Position numbers and translations under genes: made by a program. This document shows positions 31,259 through 42,803 of a stretch of 64,000 nt of DNA, piece after piece (positions within the stretch are counted from its first letter, which is position 1; every line of letters begins with the position of its first letter). Location: contig JAHDYR010000005.1 of assembly GCA_019828565.1 (NCBI GenBank), positions 1,677,308-1,741,307 on the forward strand, read 5' to 3'. The notes under the pieces were generated by a model. That model worked only from the letters and a program-made list of their open reading frames with translations. It did not search any database and was not told where the DNA came from. The DNA is from Carpediemonas membranifera BICM (Eukaryota; Protista; Fornicata).

Positions 31259-34054
31259 ATGGACCCTGAAAGGGCGCAGTGGCTTTCTGCACTTAAAATA
31301 CTAGATAAGTGGGCGGAGGATGCGCCGCCAGACGAGAAAGAACGCCGAGCGATGAAGGCTGAGCTTTTCCGATCGCAATTTCAGAGATTGTACGACTGCA
31401 CTGTCCTTAGCATGGCTGGTGAGACGCAGAGCATGGACGCACTTCGTTCTATGAAGGACGACCGCAACCAGAGCGAAGCTGACCTCGAGGCTGCAACGGA
31501 GAAGGCCACAAACGCCAAGCTTGAGCTGGAAAAGTATCAAGACGAGCTTCGTGGCGTAGAGGTCGCCATCCGCAAGTCGCAAGACGATGAGGAGCTTCTC
31601 GAAATCCAGATCGATGAACTCAACGTCGACCGGGACGCTGAGCAGGCCCTTGTTGATGAGAATGAAACTGAAGTCCGGGCCATCTACGGACCTAGGATCA
31701 AGCAGATCCAGGACGAGATGGAGCTCACCAAGGACATGATGAGGGACAACGAGTCTACACACAAGAAGCTCACTGCTGAGATCGCCTCTTCCACAGCCAG
31801 GATTGAAGAGGTTGAGGCGATCAACGAAGCCTTGAAGCGAGAGGTGAGTGCCCACAGAGAGGCTGTCGAGCGCTCCAAGACCGAACCAACCCGTCTGAAG
31901 AAGACTGCCGACCTCCTCCAACAAGCGATGACCGGCAAACAGGCAGAGGAACGAAAGTACCTCGACCAGCTCGTAGACATCGACCGACAACTCGAGGATG
32001 AGGGCAAGACTCTCAAGAAGAACGAGGAACGTCGCGCAGCTCTACAGTCGGAGATCCAACTGGCCGTCACAGCTGTAGAAGGCAGGGATGAGGAGGTCAG
32101 GGCCGTTACGCAGCACGTGGCCAAGCTCAAGAGAGATATGGAGGATCGGATGGCTCAACGGGTGAAGCTCGAGCTAGAGATCAAGGCGAAGGAGCGGGCG
32201 TCGAGGCAGGCGCAGGAGGCACTGTCCAAGGCTGAGAAGGCGCTGGGGGCGGAGGAGAAGGTCCTGAGAGGTGTCAACGACGCCGCAGGGCTCGTTCGGC
32301 AGTCTATTCCCGAGATCAAGAGCCAGATCGCTAACCTCAAGAAGGAGCTCGCCAGTGCCCGGTCGTCGCTGAACAAGATGACCAAGGAGCGCGAGGAGAT
32401 CGGCAAGGACGTCGACGTCGGCATCCTTAAACTGCTCCAGACGGAGGACGGCAACGCCAAGCAAGGGTCGAATCTACAAGCTGCCCTCGAGGGAGTCAAG
32501 GAGCGCGAGGCCATACTCAACGATCTCATGGAATCAGACCGCGCTCTCCAGGCCGAACTCGTGGCAACCCGGGCCCAGAGAAGCACGAGCGACCGCGACA
32601 TGCAGCGTGTGATGGGGAAGCTCAGATCGACCGTAGAGGCGCTCCAGGGACACGAGGCTGTCATCGTTGACCTTACCAAGCGCCACTCCGAGATGCTGGG
32701 CCAGCTGAAGTCGTTTGGTACCCTTTACGAGTCAGTCAAGACGCAGAGGAACAAGTATCTCTCGTTTATCCAGTCAACCCAGCAGGCCCAGGCTGAACTT
32801 GTGGAGAGGCTGAAGGTCTTGTCCAACGAGGTCGAGATCCTCACTGGGGAGACGCGGTACAAGGATGCCACACTCCGTAAGGACCGCGCCGAGACTGCCC
32901 AGATTATTGCGGTCGCCAACTCTTGCAGACACGATGTATCGCGTCTTGTCGAGCAGAGGAATATCCTCAGGGATGAGATGGATTCCAACGTCGCCGAGGT
33001 CGAGCGCAGCAGCGCCAGCATTACCTCCGCCGAGCGGGATATCCTGGGTCTGAAGAAGTCGTTTGTAGACGCCGCCGAGGGTCGTGATTCTGCCGGTATA
33101 GCGCTGTTGGAGCGTAACGACGAGCTTTGCGTGCTCCACGAGAAGTGCAACCTTCAGGCCTCCGTTCTTCTCAAGGGCCAGAAGAGTCTCGTCGACCTCG
33201 ACGTCCGGGCCAAGCACATTAATCTTTTGATTAGGGACTACGAGAGAAAGGTTGAACTCGCCAAGAAGATCGGGCCTGAGATCAGCAAGTACGAGGAGCA
33301 GATTCACGCCATGCTCGCCGAACGGGATGATCTCCTCGTCCAAGGGGAGGAGCTCGCTAAGAAACTCGTGGACCCTAACACTGAGGGGCGATGGCGGAGT
33401 CTGGAGAAGCCGACTGAGGCCGCTGAGGACAGGACAACGCTGCTCGAGCGACAGAAGGATCTGGAATCCAAGATTCTCATCAAGGACAATCAGATCCAGG
33501 AACAGATGCTGGTGATTGATGAGATCGACAACCTGATTGCCGGACTGAAGCAGGCAGTGTCTACCCAATCTGACACTCGCACGACATTTATGTCTGACAG
33601 AGTCAACCGCCTCCGATCATCAGTCGATCGACTCAACAAGAAGCTTCAGAGCAGGGTCGCCGAGCTCTCCATGTACCAGGCTGAGGCCAAGCAGTACGAG
33701 CCAGAAGTCAAGCGACTGCAGACTGTGGTGCAGACGATGAAGGACCGCATGGACAATAGTCTGCCCCCAACTGACACCGCTGAGAGGGAGTGGGAGGCGA
33801 TGCAGGTCAAGAAGGCGGAGGAGAAGGCTGCTAAGGCCATGGCTGCTCGCAGGACTGAGGTCGAAGAGCTTGACGGGACCATTACTACCGCTGTCCCCAG
33901 GCCCAACGCCTACAAGTACGACGGCGAGGCCTCTGCCACTAACGTCCCTGGGATCAGCAAGCCGTACCCTGCGCCGGGTCCTATGATGCCTAGTGAGTAT
34001 GGTGCGAACATGCGGCATTTCCGGGCACCGCGGCAACGAGGAGTGGAACTCTAA
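31259..34054 (+). CDS. CCDC146: Coiled-coil axonemal protein CCDC146/MBO2
   Basis: Long coiled coil with LERNDELCVLHEK and C-terminal TTAVPRPNAY...KPY...PSEYGANMRH. Confidence 0.85.
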   Translation: MDPERAQWLSALKILDKWAEDAPPDEKERRAMKAELFRSQFQRLYDCTVLSMAGETQSMDALRSMKDDRNQSEADLEAATEKATNAKLELEKYQDELRGVEVAIRKSQDDEELLEIQIDELNVDRDAEQALVDENETEVRAIYGPRIKQIQDEMELTKDMMRDNESTHKKLTAEIASSTARIEEVEAINEALKREVSAHREAVERSKTEPTRLKKTADLLQQAMTGKQAEERKYLDQLVDIDRQLEDEGKTLKKNEERRAALQSEIQLAVTAVEGRDEEVRAVTQHVAKLKRDMEDRMAQRVKLELEIKAKERASRQAQEALSKAEKALGAEEKVLRGVNDAAGLVRQSIPEIKSQIANLKKELASARSSLNKMTKEREEIGKDVDVGILKLLQTEDGNAKQGSNLQAALEGVKEREAILNDLMESDRALQAELVATRAQRSTSDRDMQRVMGKLRSTVEALQGHEAVIVDLTKRHSEMLGQLKSFGTLYESVKTQRNKYLSFIQSTQQAQAELVERLKVLSNEVEILTGETRYKDATLRKDRAETAQIIAVANSCRHDVSRLVEQRNILRDEMDSNVAEVERSSASITSAERDILGLKKSFVDAAEGRDSAGIALLERNDELCVLHEKCNLQASVLLKGQKSLVDLDVRAKHINLLIRDYERKVELAKKIGPEISKYEEQIHAMLAERDDLLVQGEELAKKLVDPNTEGRWRSLEKPTEAAEDRTTLLERQKDLESKILIKDNQIQEQMLVIDEIDNLIAGLKQAVSTQSDTRTTFMSDRVNRLRSSVDRLNKKLQSRVAELSMYQAEAKQYEPEVKRLQTVVQTMKDRMDNSLPPTDTAEREWEAMQVKKAEEKAAKAMAARRTEVEELDGTITTAVPRPNAYKYDGEASATNVPGISKPYPAPGPMMPSEYGANMRHFRAPRQRGVEL

Positions 34055-34288
34055 GTGTAATTATTGTGTTATATAGCCCGAGTATAAAGCCTTTACTGAG
34101 ATGTTGGAGGTTGGGGCGAGAGCCGAGAGTCATCCTAAACGGTGGTAACGCGTTGCGAAAATTTAAAAAGAGCACAATTATTTTAGCGACGGCCGGTGGA
34201 CCATGGTCGACCCTAGGCTACTGGGGACAGCCTTCGGTCGAGAACGATCGAGTTAGGTACGGATTCCATCTCGCGTCAATCCACAAGA

Positions 34289-35860
34289 ATGGCGGAAAAC
34301 CATCTGAATTGTGCTATTTGTGGCGAAGAAGACGTGCTATACGTCGGGATTCGGCCTTGTGGCCATAATGACATGTGCTATCGCTGTACACTGCACATGT
34401 GGGTGTTGAATGGCAACAGCAAATGCCCTGTCTGCCAAAGCGAGTCGGCCTGGATTGTTATAGCTTCCAACAGCAATCGCAATGACGCTTCTATTACTCC
34501 TAGAAGTCCTAAGGTCTCGTCCCTCCCTCACACGATGTCCTGCATCGTTTCGAAGAAAGATGAACCCAGCAGAAATGTCAAGGCATACCTTCACTCTTCA
34601 GTGCCCCAGTCAGCATTAGCTCCGCTCGTAGAGTACCAATGCAGCCAGTGTCCAGGGCGCCAGGTCTTTCCTACAGTGAATGCCCTCCAGCAGCACATCA
34701 AGAAGCAAGCACACAGCAAGAACGTCTGCCTTGTATGCGCGCAGAGCCGCACAGAGTTCGCATGTGATCTCAAGCTCTACTCTGCTTTAGAGCTCGCCCG
34801 CCACAACGCAGGAGAGCTTGCCGACGAGGCCCCCTTTAGAGGCCACCCCACTTGCTCCTTCTGCAAACGCGCCTTCTTCTCTGTGGATGATTTGTACACC
34901 CATCTCTGTCAGTCCCACAAGCTGTGTTCCCTCTGCTCTGTGGCGGGCAAGCGCTACTCTTTCCTCCGCAATGAGCAGGATTTCTTTGCTCATCTCCGTT
35001 CGAAGCACTATGTGTGCAATCACCCCGACTGCGTTGCCAAGGGCGCAGTGAACCCAGCCATTAACGCCTTCAGGAACGACATCGAGTTCTCCTCTCACCT
35101 TCTTTCCGAGCACGCTGCCTCCATCCCTCCGCAGATCAGAGAGGGGCTCTCCAGAATCAGTCTGGCCCTCATCCAACGGAGCCAGCTGCCCATGCTCGCT
35201 GATCCCCCGCGGGCGTCGCCTCGCGTGCTGTCGTTCGAATGGGAAGAAGAGGTCAACGCGCCAGTCGCCCCGGAGACTAGACAGGCGCTGCTGGCCATGA
35301 TGCGGGGCCCCACTATCACCAGGACTAGGCCCACCCCTGTTGCATGGACAAACAGGGACTTCTCGTCCGTAGTCAGCAGGGCAAAGCCCAAGGAAAAGTT
35401 CCCCGCCTTGAAGCAGGTGACGCCGGTCGAACCACCAGAACCCCGCCGTCGCCAGAAGAACGCCAGCAGGAGTGCCAGCCGTGTTGCCTCCACAGAACCA
35501 TCCAGGGCAGCAAGCCCAGAAGCCCCCCTCAACCTCGACAGAAACGTTACCGTCCGGAAGTCGATGAATGACATCATCATGGAGACCCTGGCAACTGCCG
35601 GAATAGAACCAGACATGCCGGTTGCCGGAAACATCAAGGGTCTTATCATGTCCGTGGTCGACCACGATATTACCCCAGTCGTGTTCCAGACGTCTCTGGA
35701 CAAGACCTGCGCCAGGGGCGGCATTGATCTGGCCACTCTGGTCAATGCTATGGAGTCGACGGAGTCACTTTCTCCCCTCATTGACCTCAAGGCATTGAAA
35801 CAGGGGCTTGGGATCAGTCTGCTCGGAAAGGGCCGGGGGAAGAAGAAGGGCAGACGGTAA
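34289..35860 (+). CDS. ZNF598: ZNF598/Hel2 ribosome-collision E3 ligase
   Basis: N-terminal RING (CAIC...PCGHNDMCYRC...CPVC) followed by C2H2 fingers, including GHPTCSFC...LYTHL. Confidence 0.85.
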   Translation: MAENHLNCAICGEEDVLYVGIRPCGHNDMCYRCTLHMWVLNGNSKCPVCQSESAWIVIASNSNRNDASITPRSPKVSSLPHTMSCIVSKKDEPSRNVKAYLHSSVPQSALAPLVEYQCSQCPGRQVFPTVNALQQHIKKQAHSKNVCLVCAQSRTEFACDLKLYSALELARHNAGELADEAPFRGHPTCSFCKRAFFSVDDLYTHLCQSHKLCSLCSVAGKRYSFLRNEQDFFAHLRSKHYVCNHPDCVAKGAVNPAINAFRNDIEFSSHLLSEHAASIPPQIREGLSRISLALIQRSQLPMLADPPRASPRVLSFEWEEEVNAPVAPETRQALLAMMRGPTITRTRPTPVAWTNRDFSSVVSRAKPKEKFPALKQVTPVEPPEPRRRQKNASRSASRVASTEPSRAASPEAPLNLDRNVTVRKSMNDIIMETLATAGIEPDMPVAGNIKGLIMSVVDHDITPVVFQTSLDKTCARGGIDLATLVNAMESTESLSPLIDLKALKQGLGISLLGKGRGKKKGRR

Positions 35861-36194
35861 CAGTAAAGGGATCGCGGTATTTATCATATTTACATATGTG
35901 GAATGGTGAGCAGGGGAGGGCATGTGTTACGACTCCTGCTCTTCAATCATCTTTCTCGAGACTCGAAGTCTCAACCAAGACTTCCAAGGCTAGATCACTC
36001 TCGGCAAATGACTGAATGATACGTGGGCTGTGACGTGTGACGGAGTCATCCGGCATGTGGCCCTGCCAGCCGTTCTCATCAAGGTGCAGTTTATGCAGAT
36101 AAAGCTGTTCCGCTTTCTATCCGGGTGACGGCTTTAGAGCCTCGTTATTGCGTTTAGAACCTCACATATTACTCATATAATACAGCAATAGTAT

Positions 36195-37864
36195 ATGGAA
36201 CAGCGTGAATCCACACAGCTACAAGATATCAAGGCCCAGGGCGATTCCAGGCTCCGCAAGATCCAGCGCATGAAGGTAATGGACAAGGACATCCTTGTTC
36301 TCATCTCAGACCACCTTGAGCGGGCCGGTTTCGAATCTAGCGCCAAGACGCTGCAGCGGGAAGCCTGCATCAACCCAACGCAGTACAGGCCGGCCGATAA
36401 CATCGATCTGAACGTCATTGTACGATCATTCGTGCATGATCACATGCAGAAGTTCGACAGACCTCCCTTACTCGTCCGCGAGGTCGATGCTGAGGCTGTC
36501 AGCAAGCCATCCGTCACTTCCACAAGAATGGCGGCCAACAGAGAGCGCAGGTTGCAGCGGTTACAGATGTCTCAGAGTGCAAGAGAAGCTTCTCGTGTCG
36601 ACGGGGCTTCTAGCTCTCTCAGCAAGACAAAGCCGCCTCTTCGACGTCCCTCAGCAGCTGCCGACGGACACAAGGGCCACAGTCGCGACCAGTCGGACCT
36701 AGAGCGGAAAGAGCGCAGTAGTGATAAGCTGGACCAGTCCACCAAGTTCACACCTTCTCTGGACGACCTCGGGGTGGCTGGCAAGGCTGTCTCCTCCCAA
36801 CCGCAGCCACTGAGCCCTACACCGCAGCCGACTGGGATCAGCGGGTTCCATGAAGCTATCCCCCCTATGTTGGCCAAGGTCGGTGGCGAGACTGCAGACC
36901 TAGCCCGAATGATTCAACAAGATATATTACAGTTTAACCCTAATGTACATTGGGCCGATGTTGTCGGGTTAACTACTGCTAAGCGGCTGCTGAAGGAGGC
37001 TGTGGTAATGCCCGTCAAGTATCCAGCCCTATTTGACTCTGTCCTGCAGCCGTGGAGGGGCGTGCTCCTCTTTGGTCCAAGTGGAACTGGTGTTTGTACC
37101 CATGTTTTTATTAATTTATTATACAGAAGACCTTGCTCGCCAAGGCCGTTGCTACAGAGTGCCAGACGACATTCTTCAACTGCAAGGCCTCCACGCTTGT
37201 GTCCAAGTGGCGGGGCGAGTCAGAGAAGCTCATCAGAGTTTTGTTCGACATGGCCCGCTACTACGCCCCCAGTACCATATTTATTGATGAAATTGACTCA
37301 CTCATGACTGAACGGTCGACCTCTGGGGAGCATGAGGGCTCTCGGCGTCTCAAGACTGAGTTACTCATCCAAATGGACGGACTACACCAGCATGACGCCT
37401 CCAAGCGGGTGTTCGTGATGTGCGCGTCCAACCTCCCGTGGCAGCTCGACTCTGCCCTGCTGAGGCGGCTGGACAAGCGCATCCTGGTCGACCTGCCCTC
37501 AGCTGATGCTCGTCAAACTATTCTTACAAACCAACTCTCGGATAGAATCGACGAGAGAGCATTGGGGATTCTGCCTGATATAGTAGACGCCACTGATGGA
37601 TTAAGCGGCAGTGATCTCGTTCTCATGTGCCGAGAGGCACTCATGCGTCCCATCCGACGCTTCATGGACTCTTTGGATGATGATCTCGAGTTCCCGGGCA
37701 CAGGTGAGGCTGGCGAGGGGGCTGAAGACGGTGAGGCCGAGGGCAAGGTCGAGCCGGTCACTGCGGAGGATCTGAAGGCTGCTCAGGCTGCGACAACGGC
37801 CACGACCAATGCTGACTGGCGGCAACGGTGTGCAAAGTTCATGGATGAGCGCGGTGCAGCTTAA
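36195..37864 (+). CDS. KATNAL2: Katanin p60-like 2 AAA ATPase; intron 37092-37126
   Basis: N-terminal Lis[30 protein letters not shown] and LLRRLDKR. A 35-nt GTTTGT...TACAG intron lies inside the P-loop. Confidence 0.92.
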
Positions 37865-38395
37865 AGTGGTTGACATGACACTTTTGTACGATTGTAAAGT
37901 CAAGCCCGAATCGGCCAGGTCAAGGACACGAAACGATGATCGCTCGGCTATTGCTTCGGCTCTGCTGGCGTAGGGGTGATAGCTTGAATTTGGTGCACCC
38001 CGCAACCGCCGAATGGTGACAGCTCAAGGCTCAACTTGGTCTCCTCCAAGGAGCCAAGTTCTCGAGGACGTTGGGCGGCCCTCCTGCTTGGATGCTCCTG
38101 CCTAGTGAGTCATGAGACTGGCTGAGCGCGACCTCACTGTTACGATGAGACTCGGCAAGCTGGCCACCAACAAGACCCGCCCTTACCCGACAGCACCGTC
38201 GTCGCTCTACTCGCTGCCGGGAATGACTGAGTGCATCCAGACGATGAATGGATGGTCACAACTACAGTTGGTGATAAGCATCGCCTTGTTCGATAACCGT
38301 ACGCCCGGTCGCCCATCGCCTCGGGCGACGACAAGCAATATCAACTGGGATATCGTGCAGAGTCTTGGAATTGCTCTGGACAGAGCCGACTTCAG

Positions 38396-39897
38396 TTAGG
38401 GGCGTTCTCGTTTACTGTTCGGTCCATGGGTCGACGTCGATGAGAACCATATCCAGACCCGAAATACGCGTTTCCGCCAACATGACCACTTCGCCGCTGT
38501 CGGACAGCTAAACCACTGCCCGGAAGCGTCGCAGATGTAGTTGCAGATGCAGGTGTAGATGATGTTGGCTCTGATTGAAGTCACCTCGAAGGGGATGATG
38601 GTTGAGCTGCAAATTTCAGAAATGTAATGGCTCTTGTCCTCTGTGACCCAGATCATATAGTGATTAGATGCGAATAACGCATTGACCCTCTCTGGGAATC
38701 GGAGCGGGGTGTGAGGCACTTTTCGTACTTGCGGTATCCAGGCAGTAGGCCCGACTGGGCGATATGAGGGGGAACTTCACCGGCGAAGAGCAGCTGGCGA
38801 CCGCTGAGGAAGATGTTGAAGAACCATTCGGGCATGATCCGGTCGACCCTGAAGGGCAGGTCGACGAAGCCGGCCATATGATTACGGTGCCCGAGCCCCA
38901 ACTTGCCAAGTTGGTTGTCTCCGCTGATCATCTGCCGATCGCCCATAGATAGGATGACAATTGAGTCGCCTTGCATGATGTGATCTGGGACAAAGCCAGG
39001 TGGCACGGCGACTGGGTGGAAGATGTACCTGTTCTCGACTGGGCCGACATACATCCGAGCATTCCAGCCGGCCATGACAGTGCCGGCTGGGGTGAGGATG
39101 AACGTCTGACTGCCCTTCATCGACAAAGCAGTCACCATCCTGTGCTTCTCCCAGAGGGGCAGGCTGGCCTCGAGTTCGGCGACCGCGGGGCAGGCGGGGA
39201 AGGTGAGGCGGGTCGGGTCGACGAAGTCAGATGACCTGAACCCCAGCTGACCATTGTTGCGAACACCCCAGCCCCACAGGCCCTTGGGTGTCCGGGCGAT
39301 GTGGGTGAACCTGTTGTTGTAGACCTCTAGTGCTCTGGGAATTCTGGCCACGGTGAGGGCGGTGTGATGCCTTGTGTCGAGCATGAAGAGTCGGCCCATG
39401 TACATGCGGTGGTGGTAGCAGCCGCGGTAAATTATACTATGGCTCTCGCCGTCCTTCTCGGCGACGTTCCATGTGAAGAAGAACTTGCGGCAGAGGAACC
39501 AGAGGCACTTGGCCTCGGGGGTGAGAGCCTTGCGGATCCTGTCATGCATTTTGGTTTCGTCAGGCACCCCCTCTTGAGTCTTCTTCAGCACCCTGTCCTC
39601 GAGGTCTGGGTCGGCCCCGCCACCCAGCAGACACGCCCACTCCGCGCCCTGGTTGAGCGTGTGCAGCGCGGCCGGGAGGTCCTCGCCGAACTCGTGAGTG
39701 AAGGCCTCTTGCATGAGATTAGGAATATCGCCTGGAAAATCAACATAGTCGTGTGAAATGACGGAATGCAGGCCAATCATTGCATCTTGTTGGACGTCTC
39801 TGCCGCTCTTGGGCTCTGAAGAGCGCATTGCTGCGAGACGAGCACGAGAAGCGTCCATCCTTGCGAGGCGGGCATCGATCTCCTTGTCGGGAAGCAC
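38396..39897 (-). pseudogene. RCC1/BLIP-II-like repeat protein, frameshifted near 38712
   Basis: WGWGVRNNGQLG and GDNQLGKLGLG RCC1-like repeats. The reading CLT-PLRFPERV continues in another frame (38396-38719) after an apparent 2-nt slip. Confidence 0.6.
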
Positions 39898-40198
39898 GAT
39901 GCCGTTCAGCTTAGCAATCTCAACTCAAATCGACATTGTTAACGCAGGCGGCCAGCTGCTGAAAAGCCTCCTGGACAACCGTCATCATTGAGAATGACTG
40001 TGAGTCGATCGCTGACTTGGACCATTGCGGCAATCAAAGTCGACCAGAATATGGGTCTAGTGTCGGTTCAGATACTGTCACAGCCCGAGTGCCAGTAACT
40101 TTATCGACCAAGAACGCCATTAAACCGCACATCGCCAAAACAAGTTTAAAATTCAACGACAACTGGCTAAAACAGCAAGTCAAAGCCACCAACTCCGC

Positions 40199-41261
40199 TC
40201 ACTCCTGGGCCCTCTTAAACTCCTCCATGCTGAACTTGAACTTGCGCTTCACAGGCAGCCTTGGCACTGCGCTCTCCTCCACAGCCCTGGCCGTCCCAGT
40301 CATCTCACCCCTGGGGAGCTTACTGGGCGGCGTGGGTGCCGGTGCCTCTGTCATATACGCGCTATTAAGACACTGCTCGGCCGTCCATCTCTTATCCGGG
40401 TCCCAGGTCAGCAGGCCGTGCAGCATGTCGAGGACACTGTTGGGGGCTGCGGGGAACATGGATCTGAACGTCTGGGACTGGACAGAGGTCGGTTCTAGGA
40501 AAGCTGGGTATGTTTCCCGGGCCTTAGCTTTGAATTCATCATCCATTGGCGGAAGGATGGAGGCCATGACCTCGAGGAGGTCAGGCTCCGTCTCTGCGAG
40601 GAAGAGGTACTCACGACGGAGCAGGTGGGCGAATATAGCGCCCACTGCCCACATGTCAGTGGCTGGGCCGTAGTGGGTGCATCCCCACATGTTCTCGGGT
40701 GGGCGGAAGTTTGGTGTGGCAATCGTTGGCGTCATCAGAATGTGCTTGCCGGCAAATGAGCGGGAAAGACCGAAATCAGCAATCTTAAGCACCCCTTCTG
40801 TGGAGATTAGGAGGTTGTCGGGCTTCAGATCACGGTGCATCACCTTTCTTTCATGCATGAACTGGAGACCCTGGAGAAGCTGAAGCATGTAGCCCTTGAT
40901 GTCGCCTGGAGTGAACATGATACGGGGATTGGTGATACACTTCGTCAGGTCCGATTCCATGCACTCCATGACGAGGTAGATGTTCTTCTCATGGGCCAGG
41001 GTTTCCAGCAGGCCCACGACGTTCTCATGGTGCAATTCATTGAGGATATTGAGCTCTCTGATGACTGAAAAGTTCACACCAGTCGCTCTTTCACTTCCTA
41101 GTACAACCTGTGTGAGAGAAACGAAAGAAACTCGCTTTCTTGATTGCAACGTCCCGGTTAAGCTCCTTTGAGAACGCACGATAGACAACACCATACGTAC
41201 CGCGCCCTAGCTCTTTCAACTTTTCATAGCGTTCCCAGATTGGCTTGGTCTTGTCCGTCAT
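40199..41261 (-). CDS. CDK7: CDK7/Kin28-like cyclin-dependent kinase; GC-AG intron 41108-41135
   Basis: LGRGTYGVV, VAIKK, GVNFSVIRE (CDK7/CDKD-type helix), HRDLKPDN and DFGL. Confidence 0.8.
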
Positions 41262-41430
41262 CTGACCGTGAACAGGACACAAACTGCACCTGCGTGAAGA
41301 CACCATAGAAGAGCCCATACACGGCTACCACACACTCTAACAGCCACGCATGCCCCCGAACTACCTCCTTACAGCCACTTATAAACCTCACACCAATCAC
41401 CATCATAATCACCATCGCGACCCTTTACCC

Positions 41431-42204
41431 TTAATCCCACGCATCCTGGCCCATCATGCCCATGTCAAGCGTCATGGCATTCGCCGCCATCACGACTGGC
41501 GCAGCTGCTGCAGGTGCCGCCGCAGGTGCATCTGGCCGCACAAACTCACGGCGGGGCTTGGGAACGGTGGGGCTGCCAGACTGGCCCGTCATGGCCCCCA
41601 CGCCAGCCTGTGCGAGGTTGGACACCGTACGGGCTGAGGGCCCGTCGCGGCCAATGTCTCGGACTGCACCAATCACCCTGCCGATCTGCTCCTTCGCCTT
41701 TTGGCGCTGCTGCTCGAGCTCACGCTCGTGTCTGAGCCTACGAGCGGCCTCCTCCTTCTCCTTGCGCTGCTCGTTCTCGAGCTCCTCGAGGACAGAATAC
41801 ATCTTCAGCCGCTTCTCGATCTCGACGATGGAGAGGGGAGTGACTGGCGTTCCAAAGGGAATAACCTCGTCTATTACGAAAAGAACACGCTCGTAGCTGT
41901 TGACGATGCCGGACTCGGTCACGCCCTCGGTAAACTGCTTGGCTAGAATGTCAACAAGAAGCCCAAGAACCTCGAGGTCCTGGACGACATTGCTGTGGCG
42001 TTCTGTTACGATAACAACATATGCTTTGGATTCTAAGGGAAGATAAAGGAACCGGTGCTCAGAAGTCTCGAAAAAGGACTGTTCCTCCTGAAAACCTTTT
42101 GCAAAAGAGATCATCATCTCCGTGCCGTCCTTGGTAACGCTATTCGTTTGTACAATCAATGGCTTCAATCCAGAACGGCTAACAATCCCAATAGACTCAA
42201 TCAT
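41431..42204 (-). CDS. ARCN1: Coatomer delta subunit (longin domain, no mu-homology domain)
   Basis: FFETSEHRFLYLPL...HSNVVQDLEVL...FVIDEVI...MYS..E..E matches the delta-COP N-terminus. Confidence 0.75.
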   Translation of the reverse strand: MIESIGIVSRSGLKPLIVQTNSVTKDGTEMMISFAKGFQEEQSFFETSEHRFLYLPLESKAYVVIVTERHSNVVQDLEVLGLLVDILAKQFTEGVTESGIVNSYERVLFVIDEVIPFGTPVTPLSIVEIEKRLKMYSVLEELENEQRKEKEEAARRLRHERELEQQRQKAKEQIGRVIGAVRDIGRDGPSARTVSNLAQAGVGAMTGQSGSPTVPKPRREFVRPDAPAAAPAAAAPVVMAANAMTLDMGMMGQDAWD

Positions 42205-42407
42205 CTCTTTGTTCTCGTCGTTCTTGTGTTCTGACTTGAAGAGAAGTCGAGCTCAGCTATCGGGGCCCTTGACCAAAATAGCCAACCGCATACCCTAGAA
42301 ACGTGGCATGGCATGGGCCTAGGGGCTACTACTAAGATTTAGGGGGAAACTTTCGTCTTAAATCCATTCGCGGTTTAAGGTCGGACATCTCGACAAGCCT
42401 CGAACTC

Positions 42408-42737
42408 ATGTCTTCAAGACCAGCAGCACAGGAAGAACTTGATAACCTTCTTTTAGAGCTAGAAAACTTCGAGCTCATGATTCCAGATGAACTCCTCGTT
42501 GCCTTGATGCAGGAAGGCGGCCTGGAGTGTCCAAAAGTGTCCACACGGCGCCTTCTGGGGCTGGCAATTCAAAGAGATATGAACGACTTAATCAGCAAGT
42601 GCCGCAGCGTTGATGGTACCGATTCTACGAGGCTTACAGTGGACACACTGAACAAGGTCCTCGGCCTGGTCCTGCCCGGACGTCACAACCCAGTGCCAAC
42701 GTATGTGGCTGATAGAAGCACAGCGGATGACCACTAG
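42408..42737 (+). CDS. TAF10: TFIID/SAGA subunit TAF10-like
   Basis: LENF..MIPDEL...GLEC....RLLGLA.Q and LTVDTL histone-fold pattern. Confidence 0.7.
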   Translation: MSSRPAAQEELDNLLLELENFELMIPDELLVALMQEGGLECPKVSTRRLLGLAIQRDMNDLISKCRSVDGTDSTRLTVDTLNKVLGLVLPGRHNPVPTYVADRSTADDH

Positions 42738-42803
42738 GCATCGTAGTTTAGCCCCCTCACTCTGTATTCAACATGGCTCGTCTGGTCTGACTAAACTCAA
42801 ATT

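Noticed and set aside
31301-35790. Long antisense ORFs over CCDC146, ZNF598 and other genes
   Set aside because: Shadow ORFs expected from high GC and codon bias, with no domain signal.
4441-35860. Clustering of ribosome quality-control genes (RNF10, ABCF2, eIF5, ZNF598)
   Set aside because: They are scattered among unrelated genes over 30 kb, consistent with chance in a compact genome.
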